NCBI GenBank assembly: GCA_046154585.1
Contig: JBJXDX010000157.1
Location: 34,019-98,018, forward strand
Length of the DNA stretch: 64,000 nt
Source of the DNA: Hyphomicrobiaceae bacterium
Lineage (GTDB): Bacteria; Pseudomonadota; Alphaproteobacteria; Rhizobiales; Hyphomicrobiaceae
Direction: 5' to 3'
Numbering within the stretch: position 1 is the first letter of the stretch; the number at the start of each line of letters is the position of its first letter. Position numbers and translations under genes: made by a program. Below are positions 51,054 to 60,749 of the stretch, piece after piece. Below the pieces are notes generated by a model. The model was given only the letters and a program-made list of their open reading frames with translations, was not told the origin of the DNA and ran no database searches.

Positions 51054-52277
51054 TTAGCGAAGCACGGCGTTGGCTTCATCCGCCTGAGCCCTGCCCGATT
51101 TTCCGTCCATCGCGACGGTCTCCGGCGCCACGCGCATTCCTGGGCGGATGCGCTGCAGGCCGTTGACCACGATGCGTTCCCCCGACGCGAGTCCGCTGTC
51201 CACGATACGCAGCCCTTCGACGAAGGCTCCGAGGGTCACTTCGCGGTAAGACGCCGTGTTGTTCGGGTCGACGATCATGACGAATTTTTTGTTCTGGTCG
51301 GTGCCAATGGCCCGTTCGCTGATGGCGATGACCGCTGTTGCTTTGGCCCCGGCCATACGAAGGCGGGCAAATTGACCCGGCATCAGCCGGCCGTCCGGAT
51401 TGTCGAACACCGCGCGCACGCGCACGGTGCCGGTACGCGGATCGACCTGGTTGTCGATCAGCTGCAGACGCCCTTGAATCGGCTCTCCGTCGTGCGGTGC
51501 AGTCGTGATCTGCACGGGGATCTGGCTGATCTGCCCAGAGCCCCCGGCATCGCGATCAAAGGATCTGAGCGCGCGTCCAACGATTTCCTCGTCGGCATTG
51601 AAGCTGGCATAGATCGGGTGCACCGAGACGAGCGTCGTCAGGACCGGAGCGCCGGGACCCGCCGCCACCAGATTGCCGACGGTGATCTCGAGGCGTCCGA
51701 CGCGACCTGACACAGGCGCGCGCACTTCCGTATAGTCAAGATTGAGCTGGTTCGATTGCAACGCTGCCTTGGCGGCACGCAGATTGGCATCGGCCTCACG
51801 ATGCGCATTCAGCCTCTGGTCGAAGTCGCGCGGGGATACGATGCGCGAGTCAACGAGGGGCTGACCGCGATCAACTTCGCCTTTGGTGAAAGCGTAGCGG
51901 GCCTCGGCGGCAACGAGCTGAGCCTGCGCGCGTTCCACCTCGGCGACATAGGGCGCCGGATCAATGGTAACGAGCAGATCTCCCTGCTTGACGAGCGAAC
52001 CTTCGCGAAAATGTACGGCCTGGACGGCGCCGGCGACGCGCGAACGAACATCGACCCGTTCGATAGCCTCCAGGCGGCCGGAGAACTCATCCCACGTCAA
52101 CGCTGCCTTGGGTTCGACAACAGAGACGGACACCGGGACTGGCGGAGGCGGGCTTTTCGCCCCACCGTCGGCATGCGTACGTGAGATCGGCAGATCGACA
52201 AGAAGGACGGCTCCGAGCGATGTCACGGCCACGACGGTGGCAACGCTCAATAGATATCTGCGAAAAGACGGTTGCAT
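51054..52277 (-). CDS. RND efflux periplasmic adaptor subunit (MexE/AcrA family)
   Basis: lipoprotein-like N-terminus, biotinyl/lipoyl-like and beta-barrel domains; start placed at MQPSFRRYL. Confidence 0.85.
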   Translation of the reverse strand: MQPSFRRYLLSVATVVAVTSLGAVLLVDLPISRTHADGGAKSPPPPVPVSVSVVEPKAALTWDEFSGRLEAIERVDVRSRVAGAVQAVHFREGSLVKQGDLLVTIDPAPYVAEVERAQAQLVAAEARYAFTKGEVDRGQPLVDSRIVSPRDFDQRLNAHREADANLRAAKAALQSNQLNLDYTEVRAPVSGRVGRLEITVGNLVAAGPGAPVLTTLVSVHPIYASFNADEEIVGRALRSFDRDAGGSGQISQIPVQITTAPHDGEPIQGRLQLIDNQVDPRTGTVRVRAVFDNPDGRLMPGQFARLRMAGAKATAVIAISERAIGTDQNKKFVMIVDPNNTASYREVTLGAFVEGLRIVDSGLASGERIVVNGLQRIRPGMRVAPETVAMDGKSGRAQADEANAVLR

Positions 52278-52494
52278 GACGTTGAACTCCTGTAGTGGCA
52301 GTGCTTCGTCGCCGGGCGGCCGCGGATCGGCGCCCGTCGTGAATGAGTCGTTGAGAGTGTTTCCGCCCGTCGATGGCAGCGCCGCTTTGGCGCGACCCCC
52401 CGCTTGAGCCTTGCCTAGCTCGTGCGCTGCCTTGGATCGTCGACCCAAGGACGCGCCAACGGTGGCAAGTCCGACATCGGTTTATTATGTACCG

Positions 52495-52506
52495 ATTGGT
52501 ACCAAT
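52495..52506. promoter_or_regulatory. perfect 12-bp palindrome ATTGGTACCAAT (nested in GTACCGATTGGTACCAAT) in the RND-adaptor / tetR divergent intergenic region; candidate TetR operator
   Basis: seen directly in sequence; only perfect palindrome in this intergenic region. Confidence 0.4.
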
Positions 52507-52530
52507 ATAGGGTTGGCTCGGGACGTGTCA

Positions 52531-53181
52531 ATGACTATTTGTATCGATAGGTATGGAAGTGGTATAGTCAAAAAAATAGCGGAGTGCCGGACGTTGCAGA
52601 AGGGCCGCCCACGAGAATTTGATGCCGACGAGGTGCTTGACCGCGCGCTGGACGTGTTTTGGCGCAAGGGCTACGAGGGCGCGTCGCTGTCGGAACTGAC
52701 CGAGGCGATGGGCATCAATCGGCCGAGCCTGTATGCGGCCTTCGGCAACAAGGAAGAGCTGTTCCGCAAGGCGTTGGACCGCTATGCGGACGGACCGGCG
52801 GCCTATTCGCGCGAAGCGCTGAAAGAACCGACAGCGCGGGCGGTCGTCGAGCGGCTGTTGCGCGGAGCAGCTGACGCATTGACCGACCCGGCCTATCCTC
52901 CCGGCTGTCTCGGCGTGCATGGCGCTCTCTCCTGTGGAGAGGCCGCGCAGTCCATTCGCGACGAGCTTTGTGCGCGTCGTGCCGCATACGAGGCCGCGCT
53001 GCGGCAACGCTTCGAATGTGCCAAATCGGAAGGCGATCTTGCGACGGATGCAGATTGTGCCGATCTGGCGCGTCTGGTGATGACCGTCGCGCAGGGTATG
53101 GCGGTTCAGGCCGCGGGCGGCGCGACCCGTCAAGAACTCCGCCGCGTCGCCGAAATGATGGTGCGCGCCTGGCCGGGGTAG
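52531..53181 (+). CDS. TetR/AcrR-family transcriptional regulator
   Basis: HTH region GRPREFDADEVLDRALDVFWRKGYEGASLSEL; start uncertain (52531 ATG or a downstream TTG). Confidence 0.8.
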   Translation: MTICIDRYGSGIVKKIAECRTLQKGRPREFDADEVLDRALDVFWRKGYEGASLSELTEAMGINRPSLYAAFGNKEELFRKALDRYADGPAAYSREALKEPTARAVVERLLRGAADALTDPAYPPGCLGVHGALSCGEAAQSIRDELCARRAAYEAALRQRFECAKSEGDLATDADCADLARLVMTVAQGMAVQAAGGATRQELRRVAEMMVRAWPG

Positions 53182-53197
53182 TTTGATCGGGGGTGTG

Positions 53198-54151
53198 TCA
53201 CACGTGCAGGCGCTCGCGCAGGTGGCGCCCGATCGTTGCCAGCGTCTCGCGCGCGGCCTTGGCTTCCCGCGTCCAGCCCAGGAACCCGTGCGGATGATCG
53301 GGCACTTCCACTGTTGCGGCCTCGATGCCCGCCTCGCGCAGCTTTTGCGCATACGCCAGGCCTTCGTCCACGAGCGGATCCAACCCCGCGACGACGACGA
53401 GCGCCGGCGGCAGGCCGGCAAAGGATTTCGCGAGGAGCGGAGACGCCTGCGCGTCGCTGGCCTGGCTGGGTTCCCGAAGATATTGGGAAATATAGAAGCG
53501 CATGCGATCGAGCGTCAGCGGATAGCCCGTGCCGAGGTCCTTGTAGGACGGTTGAGAGCACGTCAAATCGGTGACGGGATAGACCAGCACCTGGAAGCGG
53601 AAAGCCACGTCGCTTTTGCCCACCAAATGCTGAGCGGCGGCTGCTGCCAGATTGCCGCCGGCGCTGTCCCCGCCGATGGCGAGGCGGCCGACGTCGATGC
53701 TGAGCTTGGCACCGATTTGCGAGACCCATCGCGCAACGGCAATCACATCTTCCAACCCGGCCGGGAACGGATGCTCGGGCGCCAGTCGATAGTCGATCGA
53801 CACGACGACGATGTTTGCATCTCTGCAGATCGTCCGGCAGATGGTCTCGACCATGTCCAAGTCGCCGACGACGAAGCCGCCGCCGTGAGAATAGATGTAT
53901 GCCGGCAGGAGGCCGTCTGCTGCTGCGGGGTAGTACAGGCGGATGGGAACGCGATTTCCCTCGGCCGTGACAGTCTTGTCGAGGATGCGCCCAATACTTG
54001 GCGGCTCGGCAGCGAGACGCTTCGTGCGCGCCTTCATGAGCGCACGCATTTGTGGGATCGGCACCGGAGGAACGACGCCCTGCTCGAGTTCGGCGATGAT
54101 GTCCTGAACCCGCTTGGCCTCAGGATGCAGGGGGGCAATCTTGCGCATCAT
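53198..54151 (-). CDS. alpha/beta-hydrolase, hormone-sensitive-lipase-family esterase
   Basis: oxyanion-hole motif HGGGF and nucleophile elbow GDSAGG. Confidence 0.85.
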   Translation of the reverse strand: MMRKIAPLHPEAKRVQDIIAELEQGVVPPVPIPQMRALMKARTKRLAAEPPSIGRILDKTVTAEGNRVPIRLYYPAAADGLLPAYIYSHGGGFVVGDLDMVETICRTICRDANIVVVSIDYRLAPEHPFPAGLEDVIAVARWVSQIGAKLSIDVGRLAIGGDSAGGNLAAAAAQHLVGKSDVAFRFQVLVYPVTDLTCSQPSYKDLGTGYPLTLDRMRFYISQYLREPSQASDAQASPLLAKSFAGLPPALVVVAGLDPLVDEGLAYAQKLREAGIEAATVEVPDHPHGFLGWTREAKAARETLATIGRHLRERLHV

Positions 54152-54291
54152 CTTTTGCCTTTCGAATGCATTGCAGCGTGGCGGGCGCATCGTAAGCGAC
54201 AGCCCTGCCTGGCCTCAATGCAATCTCGCAATGCTAAGGGCAGTGCACCGTTCGGCGTACTGCCCCAGCGTCATCTTCCTGCGTGACGCAC

Positions 54292-55326
54292 CTATTCCTT
54301 GACCTCGATACCGCCAGCTTTCTTCACGACGTCGATCCAGCGGTCGACGTCCGTCTTGATGGTGGCGAGCATGTGGTCGCCGCCGCGGCGCTCGACCTTC
54401 GGCACGCTGCCGCCAATGTCGAGAAATTTCCTCTGCACGTCCGGGTCGTCGAGAGATTTCACCGCGGCCTCGCGCAGCTTGGCGAGAATTTCCGGCGGCA
54501 GCCCCTTCGGCGCGTAGAGACCGAGCCAGCTTTCGACCTTGAAGCCCGGCAGTCCGCCCTCGGTGGATGTCGGGATGTCCGGCAGCACCGGCGATCTTTC
54601 ATCGGCAGCGACGCCAAAGCCTCTGACCGATCCGCCCTTCACGTGTCCCGTGACGGAAGCCACGAGCTCGCAAGTGCCGTCGATGGCGCCCGAGAGGATG
54701 TCATTGATGGTTTGGCCAAAGCCGCGAAAGACAACGTAGGTCGGCTGCACGCCGATCAACTGGAAGAAGACGGTGCACGTCAGATGCGCCAGCGATCCGA
54801 TACCGTTGTGCCCCATCTTCAGGTCCTTACCCTTCTCCTTAGCGTAGGCGATGAACTCCTGCAGCGTGTTCACCGGAAGGTCCTTGCGGACGATCATGAT
54901 GTTCGGTGTCACCAGATGGATGCCGAGATAGTCATAGTCCGCACGAGGATCGTAGGGCAGCTTCGGATTGACAGCCACGGACGCGGAATGTGTGCCCATG
55001 TGCCCGAAGCCGATGGTGTAGCCGTCGGGCCGGGCGTTCTTCCCGCGCAGCGATCCAGTTGCGCCGCCAGCGCCGGCGACATTCTCGACCACGATCGTCT
55101 GGCCGTTGAGGTGTTTCGACATGGCGTCCGCCATGATGCGCGACGAGACGTCGGATGCACCACCAGGGGCAAAAGGAACGATCAAGGTGATGTTGCGCTC
55201 GGGAAAGCCTTGCGCCTGAACGGCGCTGCTCCAGGCAAGGCCGGCGACGAGCGCGGCTCCGAGCGTTCCTGCCGCGCGTCGCGAGGCAACGCGCAGAATA
55301 TTCTGCGTGCATCTCAAATCTGGCAT
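54292..55326 (-). CDS. tctC: tripartite tricarboxylate transporter substrate-binding protein (Bug/TctC family)
   Basis: signal peptide and Bug-family pattern. Confidence 0.8.
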   Translation of the reverse strand: MPDLRCTQNILRVASRRAAGTLGAALVAGLAWSSAVQAQGFPERNITLIVPFAPGGASDVSSRIMADAMSKHLNGQTIVVENVAGAGGATGSLRGKNARPDGYTIGFGHMGTHSASVAVNPKLPYDPRADYDYLGIHLVTPNIMIVRKDLPVNTLQEFIAYAKEKGKDLKMGHNGIGSLAHLTCTVFFQLIGVQPTYVVFRGFGQTINDILSGAIDGTCELVASVTGHVKGGSVRGFGVAADERSPVLPDIPTSTEGGLPGFKVESWLGLYAPKGLPPEILAKLREAAVKSLDDPDVQRKFLDIGGSVPKVERRGGDHMLATIKTDVDRWIDVVKKAGGIEVKE

Positions 55327-55426
55327 GGGTCTTCCTCCCGGCTTTGTGGCCCGCGGCTTTTTTTGAGCGGGCTATTGCGTCAATGAATGCATGAGTTGAT
55401 GGCGTGATCTACTGTTTTCTGTGCTG

Positions 55427-56929
55427 CTACTCGGCAAAGACCTCCGAGCGACTCTTCCGTATCGACGGCAGTATGACGATCATCACCAGCACGAGCGTGA
55501 GCAGCAGGAGGGCCGCTGCGACAGGATGATCGATGAAGGTTTTGAAGCTTCCGCGCGAGATGGCGAGCGCTTGCCGAAGCTTTTCCTCCATCAGTCTGCC
55601 GAGCACGTAGCCGAGGAGGAGTGGCGCGGGCTCGAAGTCGAACTTGATGAGCGCATATCCGAGCAGGCCGAATGCGGCCGTCAGATAAACATCGATCGGA
55701 TTGTTGTTCACCGAGTAGATGCCGATGCAGCAGAACAGCACGATGGCTGGGAACAGCAATCTGTAGGGAACCTTGAGCAGCCGTACCCAGAGGCCGATCA
55801 GCGGCAGATTGATGACGAGCAGCATCAGATTGCCGATCCACATGGAGGCGATCATGCCCCAGAAGAGTCGCGGCTGCTTGGTGAGGATCTCAGGGCCGGG
55901 CACGATGCCGTGAATGGTCATGGCACCGACCATCAGGGCCATGACGGCATTCGGCGGTATTCCGAGTGTCAGCAGTGGAATGAACGCGGTCTGCGCGCCG
56001 GCATTGTTGGCGGACTCCGGTCCGGCGACGCCTTCAATCGCGCCTTGGCCGAAACGGGAGGGATCGGCCGCGAGCTTTTTCTCGAGCGTGTAGGACGCGA
56101 AAGGGGCGAGCACCGCTCCATTGCCAGGCAATAAGCCGAGGAACGACCCCAGGCCCGTGCCCCGCAAGATTGGTTTTGCAGACTGCCACAGGTCTTGCGA
56201 CGTGGGCAGCAGCCGACCAATCCTCTTTTGAACGATGCTGCGTGCCTCGGGGGATTCGAGATTTCTCAAAATCTCGGCAAAGCCGAACAATCCCATGCCG
56301 ATGACGGCCACTTCGATGCCGTCCGCAATTTCGCTCCAGCCGAAGGTGAGCCGCTCTTCGCCGGTCTCCAGATCGAGGCCCACCGTCGAGAGCAGCACGC
56401 CGACGAGGGTCATTGCCACGGCCTTAGGCACTGATCCGCGCGCGAGAAGAATCGCGACCATGAGCCCGAACACCATCAGCGCGAAGTAATCGGCTGGCCG
56501 AAAAAGCAGGGCCAGCCTGGTCAATGGCAAGGCGAGTGCCGCAATTATGAGCGTGGCGATGGTGCCGGCGACGAATGATCCGATGGCGGCAATTCCAAGG
56601 GCCACGCCGGCGCGGCCCTGCTTCGCCATCTGATGGCCGTCGAGCGCCGTGACAACCGATGTCGCCTCGCCGGGAATATTGACAAGCACGGCTGTGGTCG
56701 AACCTCCGTACTGTGCCCCGTAGTAGATGCCCGCGAGCATGATCAGCGCGCCGATGGGATCGATGCCGAAGGTGATGGGGAGCAGCATCGCAATGGTGGC
56801 AACCGGGCCGACGCCGGGCAGCACGCCGACAAGCGTGCCGACTAGGCAGCCGAGAAAACAGAAGCCAATATTCTTGAGGCTCAAGGCAACGCCCATGCCG
56901 AGGATGAGATTGCTGAACAGGTCTGGCAT
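55427..56929 (-). CDS. tctA: tripartite tricarboxylate transporter permease TctA
   Basis: 500 aa polytopic membrane protein with TctA conserved blocks. Confidence 0.88.
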   Translation of the reverse strand: MPDLFSNLILGMGVALSLKNIGFCFLGCLVGTLVGVLPGVGPVATIAMLLPITFGIDPIGALIMLAGIYYGAQYGGSTTAVLVNIPGEATSVVTALDGHQMAKQGRAGVALGIAAIGSFVAGTIATLIIAALALPLTRLALLFRPADYFALMVFGLMVAILLARGSVPKAVAMTLVGVLLSTVGLDLETGEERLTFGWSEIADGIEVAVIGMGLFGFAEILRNLESPEARSIVQKRIGRLLPTSQDLWQSAKPILRGTGLGSFLGLLPGNGAVLAPFASYTLEKKLAADPSRFGQGAIEGVAGPESANNAGAQTAFIPLLTLGIPPNAVMALMVGAMTIHGIVPGPEILTKQPRLFWGMIASMWIGNLMLLVINLPLIGLWVRLLKVPYRLLFPAIVLFCCIGIYSVNNNPIDVYLTAAFGLLGYALIKFDFEPAPLLLGYVLGRLMEEKLRQALAISRGSFKTFIDHPVAAALLLLTLVLVMIVILPSIRKSRSEVFAE

Positions 56930-56941
56930 TGGCGCGGGATC

Positions 56942-57424
56942 TCAATAGCCGAGAACGACGGGGAAAAGCGGGATCGGCAACTTCAGCACCATCTTGAAGA
57001 GGCCAACGCACAGCGCGGTCATGAGAATGGCAAACAGTATGGTCTCGAATGGACGGCTCTCGCTGTCACCGAGTGCCGCAATGATCCATGTGAGCGGGCC
57101 GGCGGCTGCCAGACCTAGGGTCCGCACAGTGGCTGCAAAGACGACGACCGATCCCAGGACAAATACCGGACCTCGCACGGTCCAGCGCTGAAGCCGCTCG
57201 GCGTTGGGCAAAAAGCCGAAGCTCATGATGAGAAGGCCGAGAGCAGCAATGAGGCCGGCCACGAGCTTCGGCATGAGGCCAGGTCCGACGCCCGCCGACA
57301 TGGATGGCAGATCCATGGCGCCGGCGAAGCCGAAGGCTGCAATGGCCAGCAGAAACGTGCCGGCGACAATATCGCGCGGAAATCGCGTGGTTCGAGACTG
57401 ATCCGATGATGCAGTCGGCGGCAT
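56942..57424 (-). CDS. tctB: tripartite tricarboxylate transporter small subunit TctB
   Basis: ~160 aa, 4 TM, immediately upstream of tctA. Confidence 0.7.
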   Translation of the reverse strand: MPPTASSDQSRTTRFPRDIVAGTFLLAIAAFGFAGAMDLPSMSAGVGPGLMPKLVAGLIAALGLLIMSFGFLPNAERLQRWTVRGPVFVLGSVVVFAATVRTLGLAAAGPLTWIIAALGDSESRPFETILFAILMTALCVGLFKMVLKLPIPLFPVVLGY

Positions 57425-57473
57425 CGCCTTCCTCCCATGAGCTTTCTTTTGAAGGCAAGCATACACCCCGGCT

Positions 57474-57501
57474 GCATTTCCGCTACGGCCTCATCGGAAA
57501 T
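57474..57501. promoter_or_regulatory. LysR-type box CATTTCCG-N12-CGGAAATG (T-N11-A architecture) in the tctB / lysR divergent region
   Basis: perfect 8-bp inverted repeat ~180 nt upstream of the LysR start. Confidence 0.5.
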
Positions 57502-57678
57502 GCCTGTATTCCGCGCGCGATCCTGCGCCGGCCCGACCATCGGCCTTGGTCGACATCAGTGAGACCATCGACAGCTAGGTTCCAACGCCAGCAGAGGCTG
57601 CCTTGTGCTTTCCGTGTATTCTGTGGCGCTTCTGATGCGGGTGCTTCCACAGCTCCCGTTCGCCATTCGAGGTTGCCC

Positions 57679-58596
57679 ATGGATATCCGCCAGCTTCAAT
57701 ACTTGGCTGCTCTCGCTCGTGAGAAGCATTTCACCCGCGCGGCGAAGGCCTGCAACGTGACGCAGCCGACCCTCTCGGGCCGTATCCGGCAACTCGAGCA
57801 GGATCTCGGCGTGCCGATCGTCGAGCGCGGCCAGCGCTTCCATGGCCTGACGCCCGAGGGCGAGCGCGTGCTGAAATGGGCGCACGCCATTCTCGATAAT
57901 TGGTCCTCGCTGCAGCAGGAAATCGCCAAGCTGCGCAACACCAAAGGCAGCCTCATCGGCCGTTTGGCCCTCGGCGTGATCCCGTCGGGTCTGCCCATGG
58001 CGGCGCTGATTGCCAAGTCCATCCAGGACCGCCACGCGGGCGTGGAGCTCACAGTCCTGTCGCAGAGCTCGGTAGAAATTCTGCGTAATCTGGAGGATTT
58101 CTCGATCGATGTCGGCTTGACGTATCTCGATAACGAGCCGATCGAAGGGATGCGCTCGGAAGCGATCTACACGGAGCGCTATTGCCTGCTCGTTCGTGCG
58201 GACCACGAGCTTGCCGGCAAGGCGTCCGTCACATGGGCTGAAGCCGCACAGCAGCCACTCTGCCTGCTTACACCTAATATGCAGAACCGGCGCATCATCG
58301 ACCGCGCCTTCCGTACCGCCAACTGCAAACCGACCCCCCGCCTCGAAACGAACTCGGTCATCAATCTGTGCTCGAACGTACACCTCATGGGGTTAGCCAG
58401 CATCGTGCCCGAGTACTTCCTGGATATCCTAGGACCAATGTCGGATATCCGCGCCGTACCTCTGGTAAGCCCGATGATCGAGCATTCCGTCGGGCTCGTG
58501 GCCGTCGACCGGGATCCGGTGTCGCCTCTTGTTCTTGCTATGTTCGAATGTGCGCATACTGTTGATATGCAAGCCCTGTCGAAGGGCAAGCGATAG
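57679..58596 (+). CDS. LysR-family transcriptional regulator (FdsR-like by position)
   Basis: N-terminal HTH MDIRQLQYLAALAREKHFTRAAKACNVTQPTLSGRIRQLE; upstream of the fds operon. Confidence 0.85.
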   Translation: MDIRQLQYLAALAREKHFTRAAKACNVTQPTLSGRIRQLEQDLGVPIVERGQRFHGLTPEGERVLKWAHAILDNWSSLQQEIAKLRNTKGSLIGRLALGVIPSGLPMAALIAKSIQDRHAGVELTVLSQSSVEILRNLEDFSIDVGLTYLDNEPIEGMRSEAIYTERYCLLVRADHELAGKASVTWAEAAQQPLCLLTPNMQNRRIIDRAFRTANCKPTPRLETNSVINLCSNVHLMGLASIVPEYFLDILGPMSDIRAVPLVSPMIEHSVGLVAVDRDPVSPLVLAMFECAHTVDMQALSKGKR

Positions 58597-58704
58597 CTGC
58601 CGTCATCGAGCGCCCCGATGGGTTCATAAGTACAACCGATTGGATTGTGGGGACGCTTGTGCGGGATGGTACGTTGATTGGAATGACTCGAATGTTGGGT
58701 TCCG

Positions 58705-59171
58705 ATGACGCCAGACGCGGCAGAAACAACGGCGCGAGCGATTGCGGCGGAGCACGGCAATAGGCCGGATGCTCTGATCGAGATTTTGCATAAGGTGCAG
58801 GCCACGCTTGGGCATGTGCCCGACGCGGCCGTTCCCACGCTCGCGGATGCCCTCAATCTTTCGCGCGCGGAAGTCCACGGCGTTGTCACGTTCTATCACG
58901 ATTTCCGCTCGGCGCCGGCCGGCAGCCATGTGCTGAAGATCTGCGCGCGGAAGCCTGTCAGTCCATGGGCGCGGAGATGCTCGTTGCGCATGCCGAGGAT
59001 CGCCTTGGCATCACCTGCGGCGGCACCAGTGCCGATGGCCGCGTCACGCTCGAGCCGATCTACTGCCTCGGTCTATGCGCAACGGCGCCGTCGGTGATGA
59101 TGGACGGCTCCATCGTGGGCCGCGTCACGGCCTCCAAGCTCGATGTGCTGCTGAAGGGCGCTGGGGCGTGA
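58705..59171 (+). pseudogene. fdsG: NAD-dependent formate dehydrogenase gamma subunit (NuoE-like) with an apparent -1 frameshift near 58942-58950
   Basis: ORF 58705..59097 (frame 1) and ORF 58965..59171 (frame 0) together reconstruct a full FdsG (HVLKIC|RAEACQSMGAEMLVAHAE...CLGLCATAPSVMMDG); junction in the (GC)n tract CTGCGCGCGG. Confidence 0.6.
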
Positions 59172-60742
59172 CAACGCGCATCTTCATATCCAAGGACGCG
59201 GCGGCGGTTTCTGTCGGTGCCGATCAGGTCGCGGCAGCTCTCGGGCGTGCGGTACACGCGAGCGGCCGCGCCGTTGACGTCGTGCGCACCGGCAGTCGCG
59301 GATTGATGTGGCTGGAGCCGCTGGTCGAGATCGAGATTGCGGGCGTACGTCATGGGTTCGGACCCGTCGAGCCCGAGGATGTCGGCGGCCTCGTGAGCGC
59401 CGGGCTGATCGACGCCAATCTGCAAACGCTGCAGGCGCATCCCAAATCGCTTGGGCCGGTGGACAAGCTGGACTTTCTCGCGCGCCAGACGCGCCTGACA
59501 TTTGCGCGCTGCGGTGTGACCGATCCTCTCTCGCTCGATGCTTATCGAGCGCTGGGTGGCTACAAGGGGTTGGAGCGCGCGCTGTCGCTTACGCTGTCCG
59601 GCATCATTGAAGAGGTCACGAAATCCGGCCTGCGCGGCCGCGGCGGCGCCGGTTTCCCGACCGGCATCAAGTGGAAGACGGTGCACGATACGTCGGCGCA
59701 CCAGAAATACATTGTCTGCAATGCCGACGAGGGTGACAGCGGGACGTTTGCCGACCGGATGCTCATGGAAGGCGATCCTTTTCTTCTCATCGAGGGTATG
59801 ACGATTGCCGGCCTGGCAGTCGGGGCAACCAAAGGCTTCATCTACGTCCGATCGGAATACCCGCACGCGATCGCGGCGCTGATCGATGCCATCGCCATCG
59901 CGCGCAAGGCCGGGTTGCTCGGCGCGAACGTGGCCGCCTCGAATCGCGCATTCGACCTCGACGTGCGGATCGGCGCGGGCGCCTACGTCTGCGGCGAGGA
60001 GACGGCCCTGCTGGAAAGCCTCGAAGGTCGGCGCGGCATCGTGCGTGCCGAGCCCCCGCTGCCGGCGCACCATGGCCTGTTCGGACTGCCGACCGTGATC
60101 AACAACGTGCTGACGCTGGCCGCCGTGCCGCACATCATGGCTGAAGGGGCCAAGGTTTACGCCGACTACGGCATGGGCCGCTCGCGCGGCACGATGCCGA
60201 TCCAGCTTGCCGGCAACATCAAGCATGGCGGGCTGTTCGAGGCCGCGTTCGGCATCACGCTGGGAGAGCTCGTCGATGATGTCGGCGGGGGAACAGCCTC
60301 TGGCCGCCCGGTGAAGGCGGTGCAGGTAGGCGGTCCACTCGGGGCCTATTTCCCGCGCGCATTGTTCGATACGCCCCTCGACTACGAGGCGTTCGCCGCG
60401 CGCGACGGTCTGATCGGTCATGCCGGTGTGGTCGTGTTCGACGATACGGCGGATATGGCCAAGCAGGCCAGGTTCGCCTTCGAATTCTGCGCGATCGAGA
60501 GCTGCGGCAAGTGTACGCCCTGCCGCATCGGCTCGACGCGCGGTGCGGAAACCATCGCCAAGGTGATGGCTGGCGAAAGTGCAGAGGCCAACCTCGCGCT
60601 CGTGGCCGATCTCTGCAATACGATGAAATTCGGTTCGCTCTGCGCGCTCGGCGGTTTCACGCCCTACCCCGTCATGAGCGCGCTCAATCATTTCCCCGAG
60701 GATTTTCGCCGCGCGGCACCGCTGCCGCAGGCGGCGGAGTGA
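59168..60742 (+). CDS. fdsB: NAD-dependent formate dehydrogenase beta subunit (NuoF-like, FMN/NAD+/4Fe-4S)
   Basis: [28 protein letters not shown]; GTG start overlaps the fdsG stop (GTGA). Confidence 0.88.
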   Translation: MTTRIFISKDAAAVSVGADQVAAALGRAVHASGRAVDVVRTGSRGLMWLEPLVEIEIAGVRHGFGPVEPEDVGGLVSAGLIDANLQTLQAHPKSLGPVDKLDFLARQTRLTFARCGVTDPLSLDAYRALGGYKGLERALSLTLSGIIEEVTKSGLRGRGGAGFPTGIKWKTVHDTSAHQKYIVCNADEGDSGTFADRMLMEGDPFLLIEGMTIAGLAVGATKGFIYVRSEYPHAIAALIDAIAIARKAGLLGANVAASNRAFDLDVRIGAGAYVCGEETALLESLEGRRGIVRAEPPLPAHHGLFGLPTVINNVLTLAAVPHIMAEGAKVYADYGMGRSRGTMPIQLAGNIKHGGLFEAAFGITLGELVDDVGGGTASGRPVKAVQVGGPLGAYFPRALFDTPLDYEAFAARDGLIGHAGVVVFDDTADMAKQARFAFEFCAIESCGKCTPCRIGSTRGAETIAKVMAGESAEANLALVADLCNTMKFGSLCALGGFTPYPVMSALNHFPEDFRRAAPLPQAAE

Positions 60743-60749
60743 GGATCAC

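Noticed and set aside
57304-57678. 125-codon N-terminal extension of the LysR ORF
   Set aside because: It overlaps the tctB coding region and start on the opposite strand and has no HTH. The canonical LysR N-terminus MDIRQLQYLAAL starts at 57679.
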